Below, piece by piece: positions 16,243-26,047 of a stretch of 42,113 nt of DNA (position 1 is its first letter; the number at the start of each line of letters is the position of its first letter). The notes below the pieces were generated by a model. It was not told the origin of the DNA and ran no database searches. It saw only the letters and a list, made by a program, of their open reading frames with translations. Origin of the DNA: an uncultured Rhodospirillaceae bacterium (GTDB taxonomy: Bacteria; Pseudomonadota; Alphaproteobacteria; Micavibrionales; UBA2020); the NCBI GenBank assembly GCA_964349475.1, contig CAYGGT010000006.1, positions 1 through 42,113 on the forward strand, read 5' to 3'. Made by a program: the position numbers and the translations under genes.

Positions 16243-17125
16243 AATTAAAAATGCCCTGGTCGAACTGGTTATATTCTTCGTACCGTATCAGTGCATACAG
16301 ATCTTTTCTGTGCTGCATCTCGCCCAGCAGGCTTTCCTGCGTGCCTTCCGTTTTTATCGTATCAAGGCCCCGATCGATCGCGCCCATGGCAATGCGCAGC
16401 GTCGTTACCGGATAAATAACAATGTTATAACCAAGGGCTTCCAGTTGCTTTGCCGTCAACAGTTTTGATTTTCCAAACTCGGTCATATTGGCCAGCAGCG
16501 GCGCTTTCACAGCCTTGCGCATCGCTTCGAATTCTTTTTCATCTTGCAACGCTTCGGGAAAAATGATGTCGGCGCCAGCGTCTATATAGGCTTTGGCGCG
16601 GTCGATGCATTTATCCAGACCTTCGGCAGCGCGGGAATCCGTGCGCGCGATCAGGGTGAAATTACTGTCGCGCCTGGCTTTTGCGGCCGCCTGCACTTTT
16701 TTGACCATGTCAGCAGCGGAAACGACGCTCTTGTTATCAAGATGTCCGCACCGCTTGGGATTTTCCTGGTCTTCCAGATGGCAGCCGGCGATGCCCATTT
16801 CATCAAGAATTTGTATCGTGCGCGCCGCGTTCATCGGCTCGCCGAACCCTGTGTCGGCATCGATGATGCTCGGCAGTTCCGTCACGCGGGCAATCTGATG
16901 ACCCCTGCCCGCCACCTCGGAAAGCGTGGTGAGGCCGATATCCGGCAGGCCCAGATCCGCCGCCAGCACCGCGCCGGAAATGTAAACGCCATCAAACCCC
17001 TTTTTTTCGATCATCATCGCGGTCAGCGGGCTCATCGCGCCCGGAAAACGCAGCAACCGCCCCGAAGAAAGGTCTTTCCTGAATTGCGTGCGCTTTTCAA
17101 CAGCTGATTTCTTTGCAAACAACAT
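16232..17125 (-). CDS. prpB: Methylisocitrate lyase
   Basis: PEP mutase/isocitrate lyase superfamily motifs are ISGAVLAADLGLPDIGL, DADTGFG, GCHLEDQENPKRCGHLDNK and ARTDS. It is paired with prpC. Confidence 0.85.
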   Translation of the reverse strand: MLFAKKSAVEKRTQFRKDLSSGRLLRFPGAMSPLTAMMIEKKGFDGVYISGAVLAADLGLPDIGLTTLSEVAGRGHQIARVTELPSIIDADTGFGEPMNAARTIQILDEMGIAGCHLEDQENPKRCGHLDNKSVVSAADMVKKVQAAAKARRDSNFTLIARTDSRAAEGLDKCIDRAKAYIDAGADIIFPEALQDEKEFEAMRKAVKAPLLANMTEFGKSKLLTAKQLEALGYNIVIYPVTTLRIAMGAIDRGLDTIKTEGTQESLLGEMQHRKDLYALIRYEEYNQFDQGIFNFKL

Positions 17126-17160
17126 GGTCCTATTTTAGAACCTTCTGAAAGCGTGTCCAC

Positions 17161-18885
17161 TCAAATGTTCGCCTGCAGCGCCTGATGCGGCGCGTCAACC
17201 GTGACCCACCCCTGATGCCGGGCCTGAAAGCTGATGCCGCCCTGCATCTGCACCTGCTCCAGCCCCTGCGCGAAGCGTTTCATCAGCTCCTGCCGCATGT
17301 CGAAGGGTAGTTTTTCTTCCGTTCGCAGCACGATGTCAAAGTTCTTTTTCTGAATAAACCCGTCCAGCTGCATCTCGCCCATGCGGCTGAGGTGCAGATT
17401 GAGGAGAAAACGCGTCACAGGCTTTTTTTCCCCTTCTCTGCCGCTGTTTTCCCGGTCGTGCTGCTGGCGCACATAGAACTGCATCTGGCTCACTTGCTCG
17501 TCATGCAAAATCGGCATTGATAGAGAGCGCCATTCGTCGGCCAGCACTTCTTTCGACTGGCGGGATAATTTGGTGAAATCGCTGCCAAGGGTTTCGGCCA
17601 GATCTTTCTTTCCAGCATCGCGCAAGACCCGCAGCGTATTGTCGCCAAGCCAGCCATCGACAGCGCCAAGGCGCAGCGCGGCCAGAAAAAACAGCGCCGT
17701 CGGCACCAGCTGCGGCGTCGGCGTCGGCAGCGTGCTGCGGAGCGCCTGTGCCATCGCCGGATCCGATTTCTCCATCACCCGCAGCGCCTCATCCAATGCC
17801 GGCCATGCGGCGCTGGCAAGCGGGTTGAAAGGGCCGGCGGGGATGCCGGTTGACTTGTCGAACTGAAGTTTTTCAGCCGTCATCGGCGAAGCCTCGAAAA
17901 GAACGATGCTGCCAATCGCTATGCTCACCGGAGCTTTAAGGACGTAATGGCTGGTATCAGTTTTCAGGATCGGGAATCCGCCTGGTGTGACAGCTTCCAC
18001 CTTTGCCTGCTGCGGAAAGGCTTGGGGTTTTTCCGGCGGCACCGCCGCCAATTTATCCAAAACGATTTTTATATGCTCAGGCAGCGTTTCCGGAGGAAAT
18101 ACCTTCAGTATATTCATCTGATACATGTTTTTTGGCAGCGGCGCTGCTTGCCCGACAGTCGCCGTCAGTATATCCGCCGGACGCGACTTCAGACTTTCAA
18201 CAACTGATAAAAGGGTGTTGAGCGCGCTTGCCGGGGGGGCAATGCCCGTCCGCGTCAGTTTCACCTCATGGCCGATCGTGCCTTCACCCCGATCCTTTCC
18301 CAGCGGGAGAGGCGGAAGGGCTTTGCTCTGTCGTCTTTCTCCCTCTGGGGAAAGGACGGGATCGTTTGACGGATCGGTACTGATGCGGGTTGGTCCGATG
18401 ACCGGCGGTTTCGCCTCGGGCAACAGCAGAGCCGTGACCGTGACCCCTTCCCGCAACGGCGGCAACGAAGGCGGTGATGAAAGCGGCGGCGGCGCGGACA
18501 GTACCCCTAAAGATGCCGCGCGCCGGACAGATTTTTCCGGCTCTGGAATCGGAGATCGCAGAGCCGCGATAGTGGCGAGGGTCTGCAGTTTATCGGCATA
18601 GATTTTAACCGAAACCAAAGTTTCCAGCGGCAGAGAAACCGAAGACTTCACCGCCACCTCGCCCGCTGCTGTCTGAATGCGGATTTCCTGTGTCTGCGGG
18701 GTGCTGGCGATCACGCGGCCTTCAACCTGAACAGGCACGGGCGGCATCAGGACGTGCGGCGGCGCGCGCAGGACGAGCAGCTCCAAAAGCGTCAGCGGCG
18801 GTGCTGGTGTGACAGGAACGACAGGCGCCACGGGTGCCGTGGTTGTCGCTGGCGCAGTGGGGGGAAGCGGCGGGATCTCTGCCAT
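17161..18885 (-). CDS. fliK: Flagellar hook-length control protein FliK-like
   Basis: The N-terminus is Pro/Ala/Thr-rich. The C-terminal segment RFLLNLHLSRMGEMQLDGFIQKKNFDIVLRTEEKLPFDMRQELMKRFAQGLEQVQMQGGISF follows the FliK C-terminal (Flg_hook) pattern. It is the last gene of the flagellar block. Confidence 0.6.
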   Translation of the reverse strand: MAEIPPLPPTAPATTTAPVAPVVPVTPAPPLTLLELLVLRAPPHVLMPPVPVQVEGRVIASTPQTQEIRIQTAAGEVAVKSSVSLPLETLVSVKIYADKLQTLATIAALRSPIPEPEKSVRRAASLGVLSAPPPLSSPPSLPPLREGVTVTALLLPEAKPPVIGPTRISTDPSNDPVLSPEGERRQSKALPPLPLGKDRGEGTIGHEVKLTRTGIAPPASALNTLLSVVESLKSRPADILTATVGQAAPLPKNMYQMNILKVFPPETLPEHIKIVLDKLAAVPPEKPQAFPQQAKVEAVTPGGFPILKTDTSHYVLKAPVSIAIGSIVLFEASPMTAEKLQFDKSTGIPAGPFNPLASAAWPALDEALRVMEKSDPAMAQALRSTLPTPTPQLVPTALFFLAALRLGAVDGWLGDNTLRVLRDAGKKDLAETLGSDFTKLSRQSKEVLADEWRSLSMPILHDEQVSQMQFYVRQQHDRENSGREGEKKPVTRFLLNLHLSRMGEMQLDGFIQKKNFDIVLRTEEKLPFDMRQELMKRFAQGLEQVQMQGGISFQARHQGWVTVDAPHQALQANI

Positions 18886-18891
18886 GGCAGG

Positions 18892-19692
18892 TTACGCCAG
18901 AATTGTTTCGTTCACGCGCCGGGCGATCTTTTCGACGTCTTGCGCCGTTTCCGAATTCGGCGAGCGGGTCAGAAAAGGCGTCTGGGCCCGGATGGCTTCC
19001 TTGACGCGTTTGTCCTGACGGATAATACCGACCAGCGGCGGCGACAGTTTCAAAAAGTTTTTGCAGGCTTTGAGCAGTGTATTGTAAGTGCCCTCGCCCT
19101 CTTTGACATTGGCGGACATATTGATGACGACCTGGATATTGTCTCCATGCCCGGCGGCGTGGCTGAGCTTGATAAAGGCATAGGCATCGGTCAGCGCGGT
19201 CGGTTCATCCGTCGTGACGACGATGGTGGTGTCGGCGGCGGCGGCGATGAAACGCACCGTGCGGTCGATACCGGCGCCAAGATCCACAATCACCGCATCA
19301 TATTTCGGCACAACAGAGCGGATCTGTTGCAGCAATTCATTCAAGCGCTGCGCCGGCAGGGCGGAAAGGGAGCCATGGCCGGAACGTCCGGCGACAACAT
19401 CAAACCCGCCGTCTTCGCATCGTTCGATGACGCGGTCGATGCCGAGGCTGCCGTCGATCACATCATTCAAATCGCGCTTGGCCATCAGGCCCAGCTGCAC
19501 GTCGATATTCGCCAGCCCCAGATCGCCGTCGAACAATAAAACTTTTTTTCCGCTCTGCGCCAGCGCCTGGCTGAGACATATTGAAAACCACGTCTTGCCG
19601 ACGCCGCCCTTGCCCGACGCGACAGCGATCAGATGGCCCGTTGCCGAACCGGCGGTTTTTTTTGGTTTATTTGTTTTTGTTATTTCTGCCAT
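18892..19692 (-). CDS. flhG: MinD/ParA-family flagellar number regulator FlhG (FleN/MotR)
   Basis: It has the deviant Walker A ASGKGGVGKTW and the motif LLFDGDLGLANIDVQLG. It lies immediately downstream of flhF. Confidence 0.85.
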   Translation of the reverse strand: MAEITKTNKPKKTAGSATGHLIAVASGKGGVGKTWFSICLSQALAQSGKKVLLFDGDLGLANIDVQLGLMAKRDLNDVIDGSLGIDRVIERCEDGGFDVVAGRSGHGSLSALPAQRLNELLQQIRSVVPKYDAVIVDLGAGIDRTVRFIAAAADTTIVVTTDEPTALTDAYAFIKLSHAAGHGDNIQVVINMSANVKEGEGTYNTLLKACKNFLKLSPPLVGIIRQDKRVKEAIRAQTPFLTRSPNSETAQDVEKIARRVNETILA

Positions 19693-19701
19693 TCTTACAT
19701 T

Positions 19702-20631
19702 CTACTTCTTTTTGGGTGAATGAGGCATTAACAGGCCCGCCAGGGCGTCGGACGTCAGATGCAAAATCCCTTTGGCGACGGACGGCGTATGGCTCCCTTC
19801 TGTAAAAGAAAGTCCGGCGCGATCCGCCGCACTCAAGATTCCACCGAAATGACGAGAGAAATCAAGGCGCGTGGGAATGAGCCGCTTCACGCCCAACACC
19901 TCGAAGGTCAGCGCAATTTCCGCCGATTCCTCCGCATCTACCCCGGCGGGCAAGACCAGCGCCGCTTCCATATCCTCGACGTTGATCAGCTTGGCAAGAC
20001 ATTTCATCTCCTGCGGATCGAACGGATTAAGGCCGCCGGTGTCGATAATGACCTGCGTGCCGGTATTCGTTTTCGCCAACACGGCTTTCAGGCTCTTCGC
20101 ATCCTCCGCTTGCAGCAAGGGCAGGGACAGAATGTTCAGAAAGGCGGAAAGCTGTTCGATACCGCCCGCGCGCGCGATATCCGTGGTAATAACGACCATC
20201 TTTTTGTCATCCATCACGCCGCGCGCCGCAAGCTTTGCCGCCATCAATGTTTTACCGGCCCCCGGCGGGCCGACGAGGATGATCGGCTTCTGTTTCCTTT
20301 TGAGCGGCGCATCGTGAAAAGAGAAAGTTTTTTGCAGCGCCTGACCCAAAATCTTTTTCGGATCCTTGCCGGGCAGCGTCATGGCGATAGAAATTATTTT
20401 TTCACTGACGGCAGAAGGAACACGATGCCGCATCAATGCATCCGTGATCGTCTCGATAAAGCTTTCTGCCGGTTCATGCGGCAGTTCCTGGCGCTCCACT
20501 GCCGCGGTCACCTTGACCCACCCGCTCTCTTCTTCGCGGCTGGTGACGATGATCGCGTCTTCGCCGAGCGTCTTGCGCACCTGACGCATCGCTTCGGACA
20601 TCGACTTCGCATGGAAAGTTTTCAGTCTCAT
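19702..20631 (-). CDS. flhF: Flagellar biosynthesis SRP-type GTPase FlhF (short form)
   Basis: The N-terminus is MRLKTFHAKSMSEAMRQVRKTLGEDAIIV. G motifs are LVGPPGAGKT, IIDTGG and TRLD. It has a 4-nt overlap with flhA. Confidence 0.85.
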   Translation of the reverse strand: MRLKTFHAKSMSEAMRQVRKTLGEDAIIVTSREEESGWVKVTAAVERQELPHEPAESFIETITDALMRHRVPSAVSEKIISIAMTLPGKDPKKILGQALQKTFSFHDAPLKRKQKPIILVGPPGAGKTLMAAKLAARGVMDDKKMVVITTDIARAGGIEQLSAFLNILSLPLLQAEDAKSLKAVLAKTNTGTQVIIDTGGLNPFDPQEMKCLAKLINVEDMEAALVLPAGVDAEESAEIALTFEVLGVKRLIPTRLDFSRHFGGILSAADRAGLSFTEGSHTPSVAKGILHLTSDALAGLLMPHSPKKK

Positions 20632-22721
20632 GTAATCTGCGCGAGCGTGCGGATTTTGGCGCGGGGATGGATTTCATTCTGCGAGAGAACGACGGTCTGC
20701 GGCCGGAAACGCTCAATGATAGAGCGCACATAAGGGCGGATGCCAGGGCTGGTCAGCAGCGCCGGAGACTCGCCTTTCATCGCCAGATCTTCATAGGTGG
20801 CGCGAATGGACTGGATGAACTGCTGCAGCCGCGAAGGCGGCATGGCGAGTTGTTTTTCTTCGCCGGTCCCCGTCAGGGATTCGGCGAAAGATTGTTCCCA
20901 GTCGGCCGACAGCGTGATCAGCGGCATAACGCCCGATTTGTTGGCATGCTGGTCGCAAATCTGCCGCGACAGGCGCGTGCGGGCGTGTTCGGTGATCAGC
21001 GTGATGTTGTTGGTAAAGCCGGTCGCTTCGGCGACGCCCTCCAGGATGGTTGGCAGATCGCGGATCGATACGCGCTCCCCCACCAGGTTTTGCAGGACGC
21101 GCTGCAGGCTGGTGATGGTGATCTTGGCGGGGATAACATCCGCCACCAGCTTCTGATGGCTCTTCGGCAGTTCATCCAGCAGCTTTTGCGTTTCGGCATA
21201 GGACAGCAGATCCGACATATTGTCCTTGATGATTTCCGTCACATGGGTCGTGACGATGGTGGACGGATCAACGACGGTATAGCCCTTGAAGTGCGCCTCC
21301 TCCCGGTAATCGGGACTGATCCACATGGCGGGCAAGCCAAACGTCGGCTCGCGCGTGGCTTCGCCGGGCAGCTCGATCTTGTCGCCGGAGGGATTCATGC
21401 AGAGCAGCATGTCGGGACGGATATCGCCGCGCCCGGCTTCGATTTCCTTGATGCGGACGACATAGGCGGTGGCGGGCAATTGCAAATTGTCCTGAATACG
21501 GACGGAAGGGAGAATAAAGCCCATATCCTCGGCAAGCTGGCGACGAAGCCCCTTGATCTGGTCGGTCAGCTTGCCTTTTTCTGTACTGTTGACGAGCGGC
21601 AGCAGGCCATAGCCAAGCTCGATCCGCAGCGTGTCGATCGCAAGCGACTTGGAAATCGGCTCTTCCGCAACCGGCACTTTGTTGGCCTCGGCTTTTTCAG
21701 CTGCAGTAACAGCACCCGCTTTTTTCCGGGTTTGCTTGACGTTATGAGCGAAAAATGCCGATAAGCCCGCCATCAGTAAAAACGGAAAGGCGGGAATGCC
21801 CGGCAAGGCCGCCAGCACGGTCATCAACACGGCGCTCAGCGTCAGCGCCTGCGGATGGTTGCTCAACTGCGAGAACAGCGCCTTGTCGGTGGAGCCCTTA
21901 ATGCCCGCCTTCGAAACCAGCAGGCCGGCGGCAACCGACACGATCAGCGCCGGCACCTGCGTCACCAGCCCGTCACCAATGGTCAGATGCGTATAGGTTT
22001 CCGCGGCCTTGGAAAAATCAAGACCCTTTTGCCCCATGCCGATGATCATGCCGCCGATGATGTTGATGAACACGATCAGCAGGCTGGCGATCGCATCGCC
22101 GCGCACGAATTTGGAAGCACCGTCCATGGCCCCGAAAAATCCGCTTTCCTGCTCCAGCGCCAGACGGCGGCCCTTGGCTTCGGTTTCGTTGATGATGCCG
22201 GCGGACAGGTCGGCATCAATCGCCATCTGTTTGCCGGGCATCGCATCCAGACTGAACCTGGCGGCGACTTCAGCGATACGCCCCGCGCCCTTGGTAATAA
22301 CGACGAAGTTGACGATGGTCAGGATCGAAAACACGATCACGCCGATGACGAAATTATCCTGCATCACGAAACCGCCGAAAGCTTCGATAACGTGACCGGC
22401 GGCGTCCTTGCCTTCATGGCCATTCGCCAAAATCAAGCGGGTGGAGGCCAGGCTGAGCGATAACCGGATCATCGTTGAAATCAGCAGGATGCTCGGAAAC
22501 GTGCTGAGGTCCAGAGGTTTTTCAATGAACAGCACCGTCATCAGGATCAAAACCGAAAACGCGAGCGACAGGGCAAGCGAAATATCCAGCAGCCACGTCG
22601 GCAGCGGCAGGATCAGCACGACCAGAATGGCGACGATGCCGAGCGCCAGCGCCACATCGCCCTTCATCCTGAAAGGCGACGACGCCTGCCCGCCGAGTGC
22701 CGGTGCTGCCGGTTCAGCCAT
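20628..22721 (-). CDS. flhA: Flagellar type III export apparatus protein FlhA
   Basis: This is a 697-aa FHIPEP family protein. Motifs are RFSLDAMPGKQMAIDADL and FVRGDAIASLLI, with a large C-terminal cytoplasmic domain. Confidence 0.95.
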   Translation of the reverse strand: MAEPAAPALGGQASSPFRMKGDVALALGIVAILVVLILPLPTWLLDISLALSLAFSVLILMTVLFIEKPLDLSTFPSILLISTMIRLSLSLASTRLILANGHEGKDAAGHVIEAFGGFVMQDNFVIGVIVFSILTIVNFVVITKGAGRIAEVAARFSLDAMPGKQMAIDADLSAGIINETEAKGRRLALEQESGFFGAMDGASKFVRGDAIASLLIVFINIIGGMIIGMGQKGLDFSKAAETYTHLTIGDGLVTQVPALIVSVAAGLLVSKAGIKGSTDKALFSQLSNHPQALTLSAVLMTVLAALPGIPAFPFLLMAGLSAFFAHNVKQTRKKAGAVTAAEKAEANKVPVAEEPISKSLAIDTLRIELGYGLLPLVNSTEKGKLTDQIKGLRRQLAEDMGFILPSVRIQDNLQLPATAYVVRIKEIEAGRGDIRPDMLLCMNPSGDKIELPGEATREPTFGLPAMWISPDYREEAHFKGYTVVDPSTIVTTHVTEIIKDNMSDLLSYAETQKLLDELPKSHQKLVADVIPAKITITSLQRVLQNLVGERVSIRDLPTILEGVAEATGFTNNITLITEHARTRLSRQICDQHANKSGVMPLITLSADWEQSFAESLTGTGEEKQLAMPPSRLQQFIQSIRATYEDLAMKGESPALLTSPGIRPYVRSIIERFRPQTVVLSQNEIHPRAKIRTLAQIT

Positions 22722-24060
22722 GCGCGGACTCCGTTTCCTGCTGACCGTATTCTTTCAGCTTGTTACGAAGCGTGCGGATTGAAATGCCAAGGATCGTCGC
22801 CGCATGGGTGCGGTTGCCGAGGCAGTGATCCAGCGTGTTTAAAATCAGCTCGCGCTCCACATCGGAAACCTTGCGCCCGACCAGATGCGGCTCTTCCTCG
22901 ACGGATGCCTTTTCAAAAACAGTCTGGGCTTTTTCAACCACTTTCTGGACAGGAGAGATTTTCTGGCCGGACAGGTGAATGGAAGCCGCCTCGATCTCGC
23001 CCTCCTGCGACATCAGAATGGCGCGGTGCATGGTGTTTTCCAGCTCCCGCACATTGCCCTGCCAGCTGTGCGTTTTGAGCGTGCGCGCGGCCTCGGCGGA
23101 AATTTTCTTGGGCGGGATGCCGTTTTGCGCGCTGAATTTATCGGCAAACATCTGCGCCAGCGGCACGATATCCGCCGGACGCTCGCTGAGGGCGGGCAAC
23201 TGCAGATTGATGACATTGAGGCGGAAATACAAGTCTTCGCGGAAGTTGCCGGATTTGACGTAGGCTTCGAGGTCGCGGTTGCTGGTGGCGATCAGGCGGA
23301 TATCAATTTTAACGGGCTGCGTGCCGCCGATGCGGTCAATGACGCGCTCCTGAATGGCGCGGAGCAGCTTGGCCTGCAGCGCCGGATGCATCTCGCTGAT
23401 TTCATCCAGCAGCAGTGTGCCGCCGTTGGCTTCTTCGAACTTGCCGATCCGCCGGGCGACGGCGCCGGTAAAGGCGCCTTTTTCGTGGCCGAACAATTCC
23501 GATTCCAGCAGGCTTTCGGGAATGGCCGCGCAGTTGAGAGAGATAAAAGGCCCCCTGGCGCGCTTGCTTCTTTGGTGAATATAGCGCGACATGACTTCCT
23601 TGCCGGTACCGGACGCGCCGGTGATCAGGACGGTCGCATCGGCAGGCGCCACCCGGTCGGCCAAATGCAGGACGGACTTCATCGAAGGGTCGCTTGCAAG
23701 CATCGTGTTGTTTTCTTCCGTCACCGCCTGAAGAACGGCGGCGATCAGTTCAGCATTGGGCGGCAGCGGTATATATTCTTTCGCGCCCGCCTTGATGGCC
23801 TTGACGGCGCTTGCTGCATCGGTATTGATGCCGCAGGCAACGACGGGGATGACAAACCGCTCCGCTTTCAGTTGCTGGATCAGCGCCGCGATATCAAGCT
23901 TCACGTCCATCATGATCAGGTCGGCGCCCCGGCCGGACCGCAGCGCGCCCATGGCTTGCTCGATATCCTCGGTATGCATCACTTTCGCGCCGCGACCGAT
24001 GGCAATTTTACCGGCGGTGCTGATCTGCCCGTTCAGGCTGCCGATCATCATCAAGCGCAT
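22714..24060 (-). CDS. flbD: Sigma54-dependent flagellar transcriptional regulator FlbD
   Basis: It is collinear with Caulobacter FlbD as I recall it (MRLMMIGSLNGQ start). AAA+ motifs are GASGTGKE and GHEKGAFTGA, and the C-terminal Fis-type HTH is GNRTHAATILGISIRTLRNKLKEY. Confidence 0.9.
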   Translation of the reverse strand: MRLMMIGSLNGQISTAGKIAIGRGAKVMHTEDIEQAMGALRSGRGADLIMMDVKLDIAALIQQLKAERFVIPVVACGINTDAASAVKAIKAGAKEYIPLPPNAELIAAVLQAVTEENNTMLASDPSMKSVLHLADRVAPADATVLITGASGTGKEVMSRYIHQRSKRARGPFISLNCAAIPESLLESELFGHEKGAFTGAVARRIGKFEEANGGTLLLDEISEMHPALQAKLLRAIQERVIDRIGGTQPVKIDIRLIATSNRDLEAYVKSGNFREDLYFRLNVINLQLPALSERPADIVPLAQMFADKFSAQNGIPPKKISAEAARTLKTHSWQGNVRELENTMHRAILMSQEGEIEAASIHLSGQKISPVQKVVEKAQTVFEKASVEEEPHLVGRKVSDVERELILNTLDHCLGNRTHAATILGISIRTLRNKLKEYGQQETESAHG

Positions 24061-24075
24061 GATCTTATCCCTGCG

Positions 24076-24396
24076 TTACTGTGAGCGTTCTGATTTAACA
24101 ATCTCGGTCATCGTCACGCCCAGGCGGTCTTCGACGACAATGACCTCGCCGCGCGCGACAAGACGGTTGTTCACGTATATGTCGATGGCTTCGCCGACTT
24201 TGCGGTCCAGATCGACGACGGCGCCCCGGCCCAGTTTCAAAAGCTGGCTCACCGGCATGGTTGCCTTGCCGAGCACGGCGGAGATTTGGACCGGGATATC
24301 GTAAATCGCGTCGATATCCTTCTTGCGCGTCTCGACAGTCGCGCTTTGTTTCACTTCTTCGAATTCGACGTTTTGCGTTGGATCGTTGGGTGTCAT
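24076..24396 (-). CDS. fliN: Flagellar motor switch protein FliN
   Basis: The SpoA/FliN core reads IYDIPVQISAVLGKATMPVSQLLKLGRGAVVDLDRKVGEAIDIYVNNRLVARGEVIVVEDRLGVTMTEIV. The ATG at 24396 was chosen because it avoids overlap with fliH and follows GAGAAAG. Confidence 0.85.
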   Translation of the reverse strand: MTPNDPTQNVEFEEVKQSATVETRKKDIDAIYDIPVQISAVLGKATMPVSQLLKLGRGAVVDLDRKVGEAIDIYVNNRLVARGEVIVVEDRLGVTMTEIVKSERSQ

Positions 24397-24413
24397 GGTT
24401 TTTTCTTTCTCTG

Positions 24414-25031
24414 TTAAAGTTGTTCCTGATTCAGACTGGCAATCGCTTTGGCGCATTCGTTTTCAATCTGCGCAAAAAGCCTCTCGTAGAGCCGTTCCAC
24501 GCCGCCGTCCGCCCATTCCACCCGGCAGTCCGTGGACGGAAGGCTGTCTTCCGCCAGCAAAATGACCCGGCCGGCGTACCCTGTTTCAAGCGCCAGAGCA
24601 TCCATGCGGATTTTCAAAGACTCCATATGGATCGTCGGCACGGTAACGGCAATCCGCGGCTCATCCTTCCGCGCTGCAACGGTTTGCAAAATGACATGCT
24701 CGATTTCAGCCAGAGCATAGCGCAGGGAAAATTGCGGCAGCAGCTTATGCGCAATGCGCATGGCGATCTTCGTCGCATCAGCGCATTTTTCCACTTCACG
24801 GCGATCCTCCGCCGCCGCCAGTTTTTCCACAAGACCCAGCACTTGCTGAAGAAGGCCCGCAAGGCGTTCTTCCTGTTGTTGCCGGGTTTCTTTCACGCCC
24901 TCGGCCTTGCCCAGCGCGAAGCTTTGGGTCTTGGCCAGCAGCAGTTGCTCTTCAGTGTAAATTTCCCGGGCCTTCCCCTGCCCTTCATTGAAGTTGTTTG
25001 TGTCGAACAGGAATTTTTTAGCGTCCGTCAT
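24414..25031 (-). CDS. fliH: Flagellar assembly protein FliH (FlbE-type)
   Basis: The 205-aa ORF lies between fliG and fliN, where FlbE/FliH sits in the Caulobacter fliF operon. It has a charged coiled-coil N-terminus and the motif [10 protein letters not shown] in the C-terminal domain. Confidence 0.65.
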   Translation of the reverse strand: MTDAKKFLFDTNNFNEGQGKAREIYTEEQLLLAKTQSFALGKAEGVKETRQQQEERLAGLLQQVLGLVEKLAAAEDRREVEKCADATKIAMRIAHKLLPQFSLRYALAEIEHVILQTVAARKDEPRIAVTVPTIHMESLKIRMDALALETGYAGRVILLAEDSLPSTDCRVEWADGGVERLYERLFAQIENECAKAIASLNQEQL

Positions 25032-26044
25032 ATGACGAGCTCATCATCGTCTTGCGACGTCAGAATGGTGATTTCGCCACGGTCGGCAAGGTCTTTGGTG
25101 ACGGTGACGATTCCCTGCTGCGCTTCCTCGACATCCTTGAGGCGGACGGGCCCCATGGCGGCGATGTCTTCTTTCATCATTTTCGCGGCGCGCTCGGACA
25201 TGTTGGAGAAGAACAGGTCTTTCATCGCATCAGAAGCGCCCTTCAGCGCCAGCGGAAGTTTTTCCTTGTCGGCGGTGCGAATGATGGTCTGCAACGCGCT
25301 CGGATCCAGCCTTGCCAGGTCGTCGAAGGTGAACATCAGGCTGCGGATTTTTTCGGCGGAATCCGGATTGCGCTCTTCAAGCGACGTCATGAACTTGCCT
25401 TCCACGGCGCGTTCCAGGTTGTTGAAAATTTCAGCCATGATTTCATGAGAATCGCGGCGGTTGGTGCGCGCCAGGTTGGACATGAACTCCGTGCGCAGCG
25501 TGCGCTCGACGTCGTCGAGAACATCTTTCTGCACAGCCTCCATCCGCAGCATCCGCATGACCACTTCCATCGCAAAGCCTTCGGGCAGCATCGCCAATAC
25601 CCTTGCCGCGTGCTCCGGCGTGATCTTCGAGATGACGACGGCGACGGTTTGCGGGTATTCTTTCTGCAGATAGCTTGCGAGAATGTCTTCGTTGACGTTG
25701 CTCAGCTTCTCCCACATCGTGCGGCCGGCGGGGCCGCGAATTTCTTCCATGATGTTATCGACTTTGTCCTTGCCGAGCACGCGGGCGAGAAGCCGTTCGG
25801 TCGAATCCAGCGAACCGACAAGAGAGCTGGTCGAACTCATGCTTTCGGCGAATTCGACAAACAGCCGCTCCGTCACGTTGGCGCTGACCTTGCCCAGCGA
25901 CGACATCGTCTGCGAAATCTGCATGATTTCATCTTCGTCGAGCTGTTCGAACACCTTCGCCGTATGCTCTTCACCAAGCGACAGCAGCAGGATGGCCGAT
26001 TTCTCGGTGCCGCTCAGGGTACGGTAGTCTTCGCGAACGCGCAT
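25028..26044 (-). CDS. fliG: Flagellar motor switch protein FliG
   Basis: FliG family motifs are [24 protein letters not shown] and the C-terminal torque helix region. It lies immediately downstream of fliF. Confidence 0.95.
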   Translation of the reverse strand: MRVREDYRTLSGTEKSAILLLSLGEEHTAKVFEQLDEDEIMQISQTMSSLGKVSANVTERLFVEFAESMSSTSSLVGSLDSTERLLARVLGKDKVDNIMEEIRGPAGRTMWEKLSNVNEDILASYLQKEYPQTVAVVISKITPEHAARVLAMLPEGFAMEVVMRMLRMEAVQKDVLDDVERTLRTEFMSNLARTNRRDSHEIMAEIFNNLERAVEGKFMTSLEERNPDSAEKIRSLMFTFDDLARLDPSALQTIIRTADKEKLPLALKGASDAMKDLFFSNMSERAAKMMKEDIAAMGPVRLKDVEEAQQGIVTVTKDLADRGEITILTSQDDDELVI

Positions 26045-26047
26045 TTT

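Noticed and set aside
16044-16415. ORF-track entries 16044-16235 (minus, 63 aa) and 16071-16415 (plus, 114 aa) in the prpB-prpC gap.
   Set aside because: Neither has an RBS or any recognisable similarity, and the 114-aa ORF runs antisense into prpB. The 52-aa frame starting at 16084 has an RBS and family-like features, so it was preferred.
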